A stretch of 64,000 nt of DNA from Gemmatimonadales bacterium. Lineage in GTDB: Bacteria > Gemmatimonadota > Gemmatimonadetes > Gemmatimonadales > GWC2-71-9. The notes under the pieces are model-generated. The model did no database searches, was not told the DNA's origin, and saw only the letters and a list, made by a program, of their open reading frames with translations. Position numbers and translations under genes: made by a program. The stretch lies in NCBI GenBank assembly GCA_965249575.1, contig OZ252244.1:512001-576000 (forward strand). The letters are read 5' to 3'. Of this stretch, positions 1 through 8,018 are shown in pieces. Positions within the stretch are counted from its first letter, which is position 1, and every line of letters starts with the position of its first letter.

Positions 1-368
1 ACGCTCAGGGCCGCTGTCACCGCACTCGGGCCGGGCACCGACTGGACTTCACCAGCCACCGCTCGGACCCGTCGGACCAGGGCCGCGCCCGGATCGCTCA
101 CCGAGGGCGTCCCCGCGTCCGTCACCATCGCAACCGAGCCTCCCTCTCCCACCACTCTCGCGATTCGGTCGAGCCGCTCTTCCGGGGAGTGGGCGTGACA
201 GCTCAGCACCCGGGTCGTGGACTCGACGTGCTGCAGGAGTGTGCGGGTGCGGCGCGTGTCTTCCGCCGCGACGAGATCCACCGTACGCAGAATCTCCGCG
301 GCCCGCGCGGAGAGATCGCCCAGGTTTCCGAGTGGAGTGGCAACGACGTAGAGGGTCCCCGGCGTCAC
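1..368 (-). CDS. rsmI: 16S rRNA (cytidine(1402)-2'-O)-methyltransferase, 3' end outside window
   Basis: Manual translation from GTG at 368: MTPGTLYVVATPLGNLGDLSARA...AAEDTR...VTDAGTPSVSDPG...VPGPSAVTAALS; GTGA overlap with the upstream stop. Confidence 0.93.
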   Translation of the reverse strand, partial: MTPGTLYVVATPLGNLGDLSARAAEILRTVDLVAAEDTRRTRTLLQHVESTTRVLSCHAHSPEERLDRIARVVGEGGSVAMVTDAGTPSVSDPGAALVRRVRAVAGEVQSVPGPSAVTAALS

Positions 369-1381
369 CAGGTGACGGTCCAGGGGAGCCGATCGTAAAA
401 GCCGGCCTTTTGGAGAACGAAGCGGTGCTCCTTGGTGGCCTCCTTGAGCACCCTGGACGCCACCCCAGGTGCCAGAATCTCCAGCTGCTCGAACAGTGCC
501 TTTGCCCACTCGGCCAGCGCCACGGTCAGCTCCGACTTGGTTACGACCTGCGTTTCCGTTCTTCCACCCGATGGAGTCCCAATGGCCTTGAGTGCGGGAT
601 AGGTGCCGTTCAGCCCGGAAAGGAGATCCGCGGCGCGCCTGGAACCCTCGCCCGGCAACTCCGTCTCCGCCCCCTCCGTGATGCGTCCGAACAGCTCCCG
701 GTAGGTTTGGATTCGCGCGGGGGACGCCTGCGCGATCAGCTCCTTCGCCGCCGGGAACACCGAAACGGCAAGCGCCGGCCGACGCCCCTCACCGTCCCGC
801 TCGAACTGACTCTCCACGAAACGAGCCAAGCTGATCCTCTTGACCTTTCCGCAGTAGTACCCGTGCGAGAAATCGCCATCCATGAAGCGCAGGTAGTTGA
901 TGCGCCCATCGGAGATCAGCTCGACCACCCCGCTGAAGTGTTCGTCCTTCAAATTCGGAAACAGCGAAGCCGGATTGGACTCGTCGAGGTGCCGTCGAAC
1001 CGCAGGGCCCTCACAACTCGCCTGCATCCACGCGAGCTGCTCGATCGGGGCGTCGCAGAACACCAGGTCGGCACGCTCGGTTTCCGTCCGGATCTGATCG
1101 AGCGCGCTCTCGATCGGAAGGGCAGTGCGGTTCTTCCCGGAGAAGGCAAGAGCGGTCGCCAGCTCGCCCTTCTTGAAGAGGAGCAGCACCAGCTCGTGGG
1201 GCAGGTACGCCGCCACGTACCCCTCGATCAGGCCATCCCGATCGACTTTTGCGAAGTGGAGGAGGTTATCCAGGTGAATGAACGAGAGCCGGGTCCGGAA
1301 GATGTGGACCCTGTCATGCGGGAATTCCAGATCGGCCAGCTTGATCGTTGTTTCGTGTAGCTGCGCACTGCCGTGCCGCAT
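365..1381 (-). CDS. Conserved hypothetical protein
   Basis: Long protein-like ORF (365..1462; ATG at 1381 preferred), translationally coupled to rsmI; no motif recognised. Confidence 0.7.
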   Translation of the reverse strand: MRHGSAQLHETTIKLADLEFPHDRVHIFRTRLSFIHLDNLLHFAKVDRDGLIEGYVAAYLPHELVLLLFKKGELATALAFSGKNRTALPIESALDQIRTETERADLVFCDAPIEQLAWMQASCEGPAVRRHLDESNPASLFPNLKDEHFSGVVELISDGRINYLRFMDGDFSHGYYCGKVKRISLARFVESQFERDGEGRRPALAVSVFPAAKELIAQASPARIQTYRELFGRITEGAETELPGEGSRRAADLLSGLNGTYPALKAIGTPSGGRTETQVVTKSELTVALAEWAKALFEQLEILAPGVASRVLKEATKEHRFVLQKAGFYDRLPWTVTW

Positions 1382-1518
1382 GCGATTCACCTGTTGGAGC
1401 AGTACCTCACCGATCGACTCAGTCCGGACCGGGTGCCTGGCACCCGCCGCGACGCACACCACTCCTCAGGCAGCGGGAGCGACCGCTGGGGACCGCTCCC
1501 GCATAGGCTTTCAATGAC

Positions 1519-1851
1519 CTAGCCGAGGTGGTGCTCGACCTTTTCTACAAGATATGCTTTCGGCACTGCGCCCACCACGGTATCCACGTGCGCGCCGTTC
1601 TTGAAGAACAGCACGCTCGGAATCGACCGGACGTTGAAGCGCATGGGAGTCTGCGGATGAGCGTCCACGTCCAGCTTCGCCACTTTGACTTTCCCATTGT
1701 AATCTTCAGCGATCTGTTCGATCGACGGTGCGATCACCTGACAGGGGCCACACCAGGCGGCCCAGAAGTCGACCACAACCAGACCCTTGTGTCCCTCGAC
1801 ATCCTGCACGAATCCATCGTCCGTCGCTTCGAGTATGTTCTTCCCTGCCAT
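1519..1851 (-). CDS. trxA: Thioredoxin
   Basis: VVDFWAAWCGPC...RSIPS; ATG at 1851 preceded by GAAGGGGAG. Confidence 0.95.
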   Translation of the reverse strand: MAGKNILEATDDGFVQDVEGHKGLVVVDFWAAWCGPCQVIAPSIEQIAEDYNGKVKVAKLDVDAHPQTPMRFNVRSIPSVLFFKNGAHVDTVVGAVPKAYLVEKVEHHLG

Positions 1852-1934
1852 GAAAATCTCCCCTTCATTATGTTGAGCGCTTAGGACCCTATGGGCCCGA
1901 TTGCGATGGTCCAGCCATTCAGCACGGAGGACCC

Positions 1935-2333
1935 GTGACACTTCCCGACGCCAGGGTGGCGCACATCGGGGTCGCGGTGGCCGATGTTTCTTCGGCGGCC
2001 CGCTTCTACCGCGACGTCCTGGGCCTGCCAGTCGGCGCGCCGGAGACTTCCGACGGCGCCCGAATCGTGTCGATTTCGTTCGGCGACACCGATGTCGAGC
2101 TGCTCGAACCAGTCACCCCCGACGGACCGATCGCCAAGTTCCTCGCCAAGCGCGGACCGGGGATCCATCACATCTGCCTTCGCGTGCCGAACCTGGAGGC
2201 TGCCCTCGAGCGCTGCCGGCACGCTGGGTATCGCCTCATCGACGAACACCCGCGACCCGGCGCGGGCGGTCGGCGAGTCGCGTTCTTGCATCCGAAAGAC
2301 ACGTCGGGGATCCTACTGGAGTTGACGGACTAG
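1935..2333 (+). CDS. mce: Methylmalonyl-CoA epimerase (VOC family)
   Basis: HIGVAV, ELLEP, KFLAKRGPGIHHI, VAFLHPK..GILLEL; RBS GGAGG. Confidence 0.9.
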   Translation: MTLPDARVAHIGVAVADVSSAARFYRDVLGLPVGAPETSDGARIVSISFGDTDVELLEPVTPDGPIAKFLAKRGPGIHHICLRVPNLEAALERCRHAGYRLIDEHPRPGAGGRRVAFLHPKDTSGILLELTD

Positions 2334-2428
2334 GTGCCAGGTTCCAGGTGTCGGGGTTCAGGGGGCTCGGGGGCGGACCTGGGCACCTGACACCTCGCGC
2401 TCACCCCACCAAACGACCACGCCACCCC

Positions 2429-2941
2429 TCAGGTTCCCTCAGGAGGCCGCTGCGGCCTGCGGTTTCCGGGAGAGCAGCGCTGAGCAGGGTTTCCGGCGGC
2501 GGCAAGGTCGACTGACACAACGAGCCAGCCGTCGTCCCAGGGCACCAGCGTGAATGGCACGACCGGGCGGCATCCCCTGCGCTCGAGTCCCACCTCGAAC
2601 AATCTCCGTCCCGTCCTACCGAGCACCGGGACATCCGACGGCAGAATCTCGTAGGAGTCGTGTTGTAAGTACGTTCGCATGACCGTGAGCCGCTTCTCGA
2701 GATCGTCCCTTGGGATCGAACGCTCGGCGGGGCCCCGTTCGGTGCCCCATAGTGCACTCATGTCACGGAGGTTATTCACCGTCGCCGCTGCCAAGAACGC
2801 TCGAATCGTCGCTGCGGGATCCGCCGGTGCCGGAATGGCGGGTTGATAGCCACCGCCACACCCTACGAGCAGTGATAGGACGGCCACGAGGGACAACGGG
2901 CGCGATGCTTGCGCCGCAATGGTGGAAGCGCCGAAGTTCAC
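2429..2941 (-). CDS. Hypothetical lipoprotein
   Basis: Hydrophobic stretch ending LLVGC (lipobox-like); start uncertain. Confidence 0.6.
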   Translation of the reverse strand: MNFGASTIAAQASRPLSLVAVLSLLVGCGGGYQPAIPAPADPAATIRAFLAAATVNNLRDMSALWGTERGPAERSIPRDDLEKRLTVMRTYLQHDSYEILPSDVPVLGRTGRRLFEVGLERRGCRPVVPFTLVPWDDGWLVVSVDLAAAGNPAQRCSPGNRRPQRPPEGT

Positions 2942-2985
2942 GTGGCACGAAGCTAAGGACTCCTGCTATCGAGGGCAAGCGGGAT

Positions 2986-3708
2986 ATGCGACTGTATGTC
3001 AACATCGATCACGTCGCGACGGTGCGTCAGGCCCGCCGCGGCCTCGCACCCGACCCCGTGGCCGCGGCAGAGGAATGCGAGCGATCGGGCGCGGACGGAA
3101 TCACCGTCCATTTGCGCGAGGACCGGCGGCACATTCAGCTTGAGGACGTGACGGCGCTGGCCAAAACCGTCACGACGGTCCTGAACCTCGAGCTGTCGAT
3201 CGCGCCTGAAATCGTCGAGGTTGCCACCGGGCTGGCACCACATCAGGCAACCCTCGTTCCGGAGCGTCGCGAGGAGATCACGACCGAAGGGGGCCTCAAC
3301 CTCCGATCAATCTCAGGCGAGCCCGATCCGCGCATTCGGACGGCCATTGACCGGTTGCGGGCCGCCGGCATTCGCGTGAGCCTGTTCATCGATCCGGATC
3401 CCGAAACCATCGAGACAGCGAGCGTGCTCGGGGCCACGGCAATCGAGCTCCATACAGGCGAGTATGCGAATGCCGGGGGAGCCGCCCCCGAACTCGAGCG
3501 CCTTCGCGCCGCCGCGCGGCTCGCCCGGGCTGGGGGCTTGGCCGTGCACGCGGGCCACGGGTTGAACTACGAGAACGTGCAGCCGGTCGCCGCCATCGAG
3601 GAGATCGAGGAGCTGAACATTGGCCATAGCATCGTGAGCCGCGCGATATTCGTCGGAATGGCCCGGGCGGTCGAGGAAATGGGCCGGTTGGTCCGGGACT
3701 CGCGTTGA
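2986..3708 (+). CDS. pdxJ: Pyridoxine 5'-phosphate synthase
   Basis: LYVNIDHVATVRQAR, ITVHLREDRRHI, AGHGLNY, ELNIGHSIVSRA. Confidence 0.97.
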   Translation: MRLYVNIDHVATVRQARRGLAPDPVAAAEECERSGADGITVHLREDRRHIQLEDVTALAKTVTTVLNLELSIAPEIVEVATGLAPHQATLVPERREEITTEGGLNLRSISGEPDPRIRTAIDRLRAAGIRVSLFIDPDPETIETASVLGATAIELHTGEYANAGGAAPELERLRAAARLARAGGLAVHAGHGLNYENVQPVAAIEEIEELNIGHSIVSRAIFVGMARAVEEMGRLVRDSR

Positions 3709-3760
3709 CCAGGCTCCTGCGCGACAATAGTTTGGCCGACACTACTGTGAGCACGAGACC

Positions 3761-5497
3761 ATGACGCAGCCGATGGGAATGACGGACTTTTTCGCGATGG
3801 AGGCGGGCGAGTACCTCGAGCGCCTCGATGCCGTCGTGTCGTCGTCCCAGACCCCCTCGGCCGACGAATTCGTCCGCTTCGCCCGGGCGCTGCGAGGGTC
3901 GGCCCTGATGGCGAACCAAACCGCGATCGCCGCGGCGTCAGCCGGCCTCGAGGCGTTTGCGCGAGCCGTTGGTGAGGGGCGGCGGGCCTGGGACCCGGGC
4001 ACCAAGCAGATCGCGATCCGCTCGGTAGACGATCTCAAGATTCTGGTTCGGAAGGTCGGGTCGGATTGGACCCCCGACGATGATGCCAAGGCACGAGCCA
4101 TCGCCGTCGAGTTGCATCAAACCGTGGGCGGCGAAGGGCGCCCCCCGACCGCTACGCAGCCCGCGGTGCGGGCCATTGATGCGGGACCCGACGCCGGCGC
4201 CCGGGCGTTCGTTGCGCGCGAAGGCGCGGCAGTGGCCAGCGCGCTCGACCGGGCCGCGACGGTCCTCGGACAGAACCCTCTGGCGCACGACCAGCTGCAA
4301 TCGGTACTCCGCGCCATGCAGCCCCTACGCGGCCTGGCCGGGCTGGCTGACCTCCCGCCCATGCCCGACCTCCTTGACGGGGTGGAGCGTGCGATTGGGG
4401 AGATCACCCGGAGTCGCACGCCAGTGAGCGAGGCGGGGGCGATCTTCGGCGCGGCGGCAGCGGCGCTCACGCGTGCCACCAAAGAGGTGGCTGCGACGGG
4501 CAAGCCGGCCGCCGACTCGCACGAGATGACCGAGTTCGCCCAGCGGCTCCAGGCCATCGTCGACGAGGAGGGCGACGTCGTCGCGATCGACTCGCTGTTT
4601 CACGAAGATGACGGGCCGCACATCGTGCAGGCCGGCAAGAAATCGGCGCTGCCGGGGACGCTGTCACGGGTCGAGCTCGTCGCCCACGGCGAGCATCTGC
4701 GGCAGGCCGCCGACAGCTTGGACAAGGCGGAGACCAACACGCAGCGCGAGCTTCGGGCGCACGCGCTCGCGGCAACGTTCCGCGCACTGGCGGGGGCGGG
4801 TGGGAGCCGGATGGCCGCGGCCGCTGCCGAATTCGCGAGCGCCGCGCGTGACGCGGTGACCCGGGGAACGGCCGTTCGCCAGGCGACCGATTTCGCGGTG
4901 TTACTCCGCAAGGCCGGCATGGTGCTGAGCGCGCCAGCCGACCGCGAGGACGCAGAGCTCGCGAGCCGGCTCTCGGACCTGACGTCCCGCCTCCGGGACC
5001 TTGAGACGGGCGCGCCGACGCCGCCAGCCGAGGTGCCCACCCCGGCACCAGCGCCCGCGCCGCCCACCCCGGAGCCACAGGCGGCTCCACCAGCGCCCAC
5101 AGTAGCCGCCCCAGCGCCAGCGCCCCCTTCGCCGTCCGGGCCAGCGGCCGACGAGACGCCCGACCTCGTTGGCAGTCTCCTGCGATACGACCGTTACGTC
5201 GCAGAGTTGGGGCTGGACAACCCTTCCCTCGATGAGTTCCTCGCCGGCCCGCCCGCCGATCCCGGGGCCGCCACAGCGGCGCCGGCACCGGCAGCGCCTG
5301 CGGGCTCGGACGACACAGCGACCGTCGGCATCGAGACACTCTGCTACAGTGGCCCCAACGCCTTCGAGCGCGCTTTGAGCCTGCGGGAAAGTGTCCGGGC
5401 CGCGCTCGCCGACCCCAGCGCCGACCGCCGCAGGGTGCAGGATCTCATCGAGGAAATCTTCGATCTCGTACAACTCGGACTCCCGGCGGCGAGCTAG
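3761..5497 (+). CDS. Hypothetical protein with Hpt-like helical repeats and Pro/Ala-rich linker
   Basis: FFAMEAGEYLERLD...RALRGSA resembles CheA-P1/Hpt domains but lacks the His. Confidence 0.65.
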   Translation: MTQPMGMTDFFAMEAGEYLERLDAVVSSSQTPSADEFVRFARALRGSALMANQTAIAAASAGLEAFARAVGEGRRAWDPGTKQIAIRSVDDLKILVRKVGSDWTPDDDAKARAIAVELHQTVGGEGRPPTATQPAVRAIDAGPDAGARAFVAREGAAVASALDRAATVLGQNPLAHDQLQSVLRAMQPLRGLAGLADLPPMPDLLDGVERAIGEITRSRTPVSEAGAIFGAAAAALTRATKEVAATGKPAADSHEMTEFAQRLQAIVDEEGDVVAIDSLFHEDDGPHIVQAGKKSALPGTLSRVELVAHGEHLRQAADSLDKAETNTQRELRAHALAATFRALAGAGGSRMAAAAAEFASAARDAVTRGTAVRQATDFAVLLRKAGMVLSAPADREDAELASRLSDLTSRLRDLETGAPTPPAEVPTPAPAPAPPTPEPQAAPPAPTVAAPAPAPPSPSGPAADETPDLVGSLLRYDRYVAELGLDNPSLDEFLAGPPADPGAATAAPAPAAPAGSDDTATVGIETLCYSGPNAFERALSLRESVRAALADPSADRRRVQDLIEEIFDLVQLGLPAAS

Positions 5498-6530
5498 TTC
5501 CACGCGCGCCCGCTGGACTGGGGTGGTCGGCATCATCATTTCCGCCGCCCTGCTCTGGTGGGTGCTGCACGACATCTCGTTCGGCGAAGTGTGGCACATC
5601 ATCCGCCGGACCAAGCCGCTCCCCCTGATGCTCGCGGTCGCGGTCGCGACCGTCACCTTCCCACTCAGAGCCGAGCGCTGGCGTTACCTGTTGCGACTCA
5701 ACGGACAGGAAATCCCGTTCGCTCCGCTTTGGCACGCGACGGCGATCGGCTTCATGGCCAACAACGTGCTACCGGCTCGCGCGGGTGAGCTCGCTCGCGC
5801 CTATGCGGCGGATCGCCTCACGGGCGTCCGGTTCTCGACCGCCGTCGCCTCGATCGCGGTGGAGCGCGTGATGGACGGCCTCGCGATGGTCGCGCTCCTC
5901 CTGATCGGCATCGCGTTCGGCGGTTTCGATCCGGGCACCAAAATCGGCGGATTCACCTTGACGGGAATCGCATCCTGGATGGGCCTGGCGTTTGGCGCCC
6001 TCCTCGTCGTGTCCGTGGTCGTCGTGCACTGGCCCGGGCCGCCACTCGCGGCGTCGCGGTGGCTGGCCACGCACCTGCTACCGGAATCCCTCGCGCGGCG
6101 CGCGGTGAGCTTGGTCGAGGGCCTCTTGTCGGGAATGGAGGCACTCCGCAGCCCGGTGCGGTTCGCGAAGATCGCCGCCTGGTCCATGGTGATCTGGTGC
6201 ACGTACGCGGTGTCGTACATAGTCTGTTTTCGGGCGTTCGACATGGACGTGTCGTGGACCGCCGGGTTCATGCTCCAGGCGTTGATCGCCTTCGGCATCG
6301 CGATCCCTTCTTCGCCGGGTTTCTTCGGCCCCTTCGAGGCGGTCACGCGAGCCACCCTCGCGCTCTACGGCGTGGGACCCGACCTCGCCGTCTCGTTCGC
6401 CATCGTCTACCATATCGCGTCGTTTCTCCCGATCACGCTCATGGGCTTCTGGTCGCTCTCGCGCGCGCACCTGCATCTCGCCGACCTGCGGCAGGCCGCA
6501 CCGTCTACGGAAAGCGCCCCGGAGGACTGA
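5391..6530 (+). CDS. Lysylphosphatidylglycerol synthase TM-like / flippase-like membrane protein
   Basis: RAERWRYLL, GFMANNVLPARAGELAR, VERVMD, PSSPGFFGPFE; true start probably nearer 5500. Confidence 0.85.
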   Translation: MSGPRSPTPAPTAAGCRISSRKSSISYNSDSRRRASSTRARWTGVVGIIISAALLWWVLHDISFGEVWHIIRRTKPLPLMLAVAVATVTFPLRAERWRYLLRLNGQEIPFAPLWHATAIGFMANNVLPARAGELARAYAADRLTGVRFSTAVASIAVERVMDGLAMVALLLIGIAFGGFDPGTKIGGFTLTGIASWMGLAFGALLVVSVVVVHWPGPPLAASRWLATHLLPESLARRAVSLVEGLLSGMEALRSPVRFAKIAAWSMVIWCTYAVSYIVCFRAFDMDVSWTAGFMLQALIAFGIAIPSSPGFFGPFEAVTRATLALYGVGPDLAVSFAIVYHIASFLPITLMGFWSLSRAHLHLADLRQAAPSTESAPED

Positions 6531-7420
6531 CGGAGACGGTCCGCGCGGCCGCGCACGCCAAGGCGAACCTCTTTCTCCGCGTGTTCGGAAAAGAGGAAGA
6601 CGGCTACCACGGCATCGAGACGCTCTTCACCCTGCTCGAGCTCGAGGACGACCTGACGTTCGAGCGGACGGCGGTGGCGGGCGAGGTCGAGTTGAGCGTG
6701 GAAGGACCGGACGCCGGCCCCGCGGAGCAGAACCTCGCCTACCTCGGCGCCAAGGCCGCTCTCGACGCCACCGGAAACCGGTTCGGGGTCCGCATTCGTC
6801 TCGCGAAAGCGATCCCGGTCGCGGCCGGACTCGGCGGCGGCTCGAGTGACGGCGCGGCAGCGCTCCACGCCGTCAACGCGCTTGCATCCAGCCCGATCCC
6901 GCGCCACGAGATTCTCCAGATCGCCTCCACGCTCGGGAGCGACGTCGCCTTTTTCGCCAGCGGCGCGCCGCTGGCGCTGGGTTGGGGTCGAGGCGAGCGC
7001 CTGTTCAGAATTGATCCACCGCCCGCCGCACCCGTGTTGCTCGCCGTGCCCACGTTCGGCATCAGCACTCGCGAAGCGTACACCTCGCTCGACACCGCGC
7101 GCACTGGCACGGGCCGGCGGGGAAGCATCGTCCTCGACCCCACGGCCTTCGCATCCTGGGGCGGTATCGGCCGGCTCGGCGGCAACGACTTCGAGGGCCC
7201 GGTATTCACAAAAGAGCCCGCACTCAGAGAGCTATTCGAGAAGGTGGCCGGCACCCGGCCGCTGCTCGTCCGCCTCTCGGGCTCCGGCTCGGCGGTCATT
7301 GCGATCTACAAGAATGAAGGGGACAGAGACGACGCAGCGATGGCAGTGGGGGAGGGAGAGCAGAAGCTGATCCGCACCGCGACTCGGCCCGACCCCGCAC
7401 CGCCACCCCGAAGCCAGTAA
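6527..7420 (+). CDS. ispE: 4-diphosphocytidyl-2-C-methyl-D-erythritol kinase
   Basis: AHAKANLFL, GYHGIETLF, KAIPVAAGLGGGSSDGA, LGSDV, NDFE, LSGSGS; start uncertain (CTG at 6527 overlaps upstream TGA). Confidence 0.93.
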   Translation: MTETVRAAAHAKANLFLRVFGKEEDGYHGIETLFTLLELEDDLTFERTAVAGEVELSVEGPDAGPAEQNLAYLGAKAALDATGNRFGVRIRLAKAIPVAAGLGGGSSDGAAALHAVNALASSPIPRHEILQIASTLGSDVAFFASGAPLALGWGRGERLFRIDPPPAAPVLLAVPTFGISTREAYTSLDTARTGTGRRGSIVLDPTAFASWGGIGRLGGNDFEGPVFTKEPALRELFEKVAGTRPLLVRLSGSGSAVIAIYKNEGDRDDAAMAVGEGEQKLIRTATRPDPAPPPRSQ

Positions 7421-7524
7421 GGAGTCCCCTCCCCACCCGACCCATACCGAGTGAGGAGTGAGGAGGCTGCCCCCACGCGCACACCAACTCCCTCCCGCGG
7501 GTGGAGAAGGGTGGCCTCCTTACT
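7416..7524 (+). repeat. ~110-bp imperfect palindromic intergenic repeat, copy A
   Basis: Ends AGTAAGGAGTCCCCTCCCCACCC ... GGGTGGAGAAGGGTGGCCTCCTTACT; similar to 45515-45624 and 52656-52779. Confidence 0.65.
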
Positions 7525-7627
7525 CGGTGGAGAGGCGGGGCTGCCGGGCCTCCTCACTGGAACCGGTGGTGTACCAGCGCAGAGATCGGTACCATACATC
7601 CGTCCGGGCGGGCGCGCCGCCCCGCAA

Positions 7628-7698
7628 TGGCCCCTCGTCCAATGGCAGGACACCGGTCTTTGGATCCGGTAATGGTGGTTCGAATCCACCGGGGCCAA
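7628..7698 (+). tRNA. tRNA-Gln (TTG), CCA not encoded
   Basis: Acceptor TGGCCCC/GGGGCCA, anticodon loop CT-TTG-GA, T arm GGTGG-TTCGAAT-CCACC; usual position downstream of ispE. Confidence 0.96.
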
Positions 7699-7760
7699 TT
7701 GGCTTCTAAGTTATTGTAAAAATGAGACTTATGAGGCAGGAAGTGGAGGCCCGCAAATCA

Positions 7761-7791
7761 GGGGTGTCCAAGGTTTGGTACAAGGTTGGGA
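7761..7791. repeat. 31-bp exact direct repeat, copy 1
   Basis: GGGGTGTCCAAGGTTTGGTACAAGGTTGGGA, identical at 14211-14241. Confidence 0.95.
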
Positions 7792-7825
7792 CTGGTTAGT
7801 GGCTGCAGTGCCGTTCGGCTGACGC

Positions 7826-7888
7826 TCAGTTCCCTTCCCCCGTCAGCCGCCGCACCTCCTCGAACCAGTTGAGCACGACGATGATCGG
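7826..7888 (-). pseudogene. 3' stub of a kinase-TolB-propeller gene
   Basis: Reads PIIVVLNWFEEVRRLTGEGN*, matching the end of the intact gene at 14715 (PIVVALNWFEEVRRLTGAQGGER*). Confidence 0.85.
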
Positions 7889-8018
7889 GGTACCCCGCTC
7901 AGATCGTCGTGCATGCCACTCTCCTGACTCGGCCAAGAAGACCTTTGATCGGGAGCGTGCGACGGCGCCCGATGCCCCGGTGATTTGACCGTGGCCTCGG
8001 GCACCGCCGACTGATCCA

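Noticed and set aside
239..1360. Long antisense/alternate-frame ORFs (e.g. 239..1360, 12451..13830, 53033..54385, 63225..63779)
   Set aside because: Shadow ORFs of recognisable genes, expected in high-GC DNA.
7860..7870. NWFEE coding DNA contains TGGTTCGA, also present in the tRNA T arm
   Set aside because: 8-bp match dictated by Trp-Phe-Glu codons; too short to support an att role.
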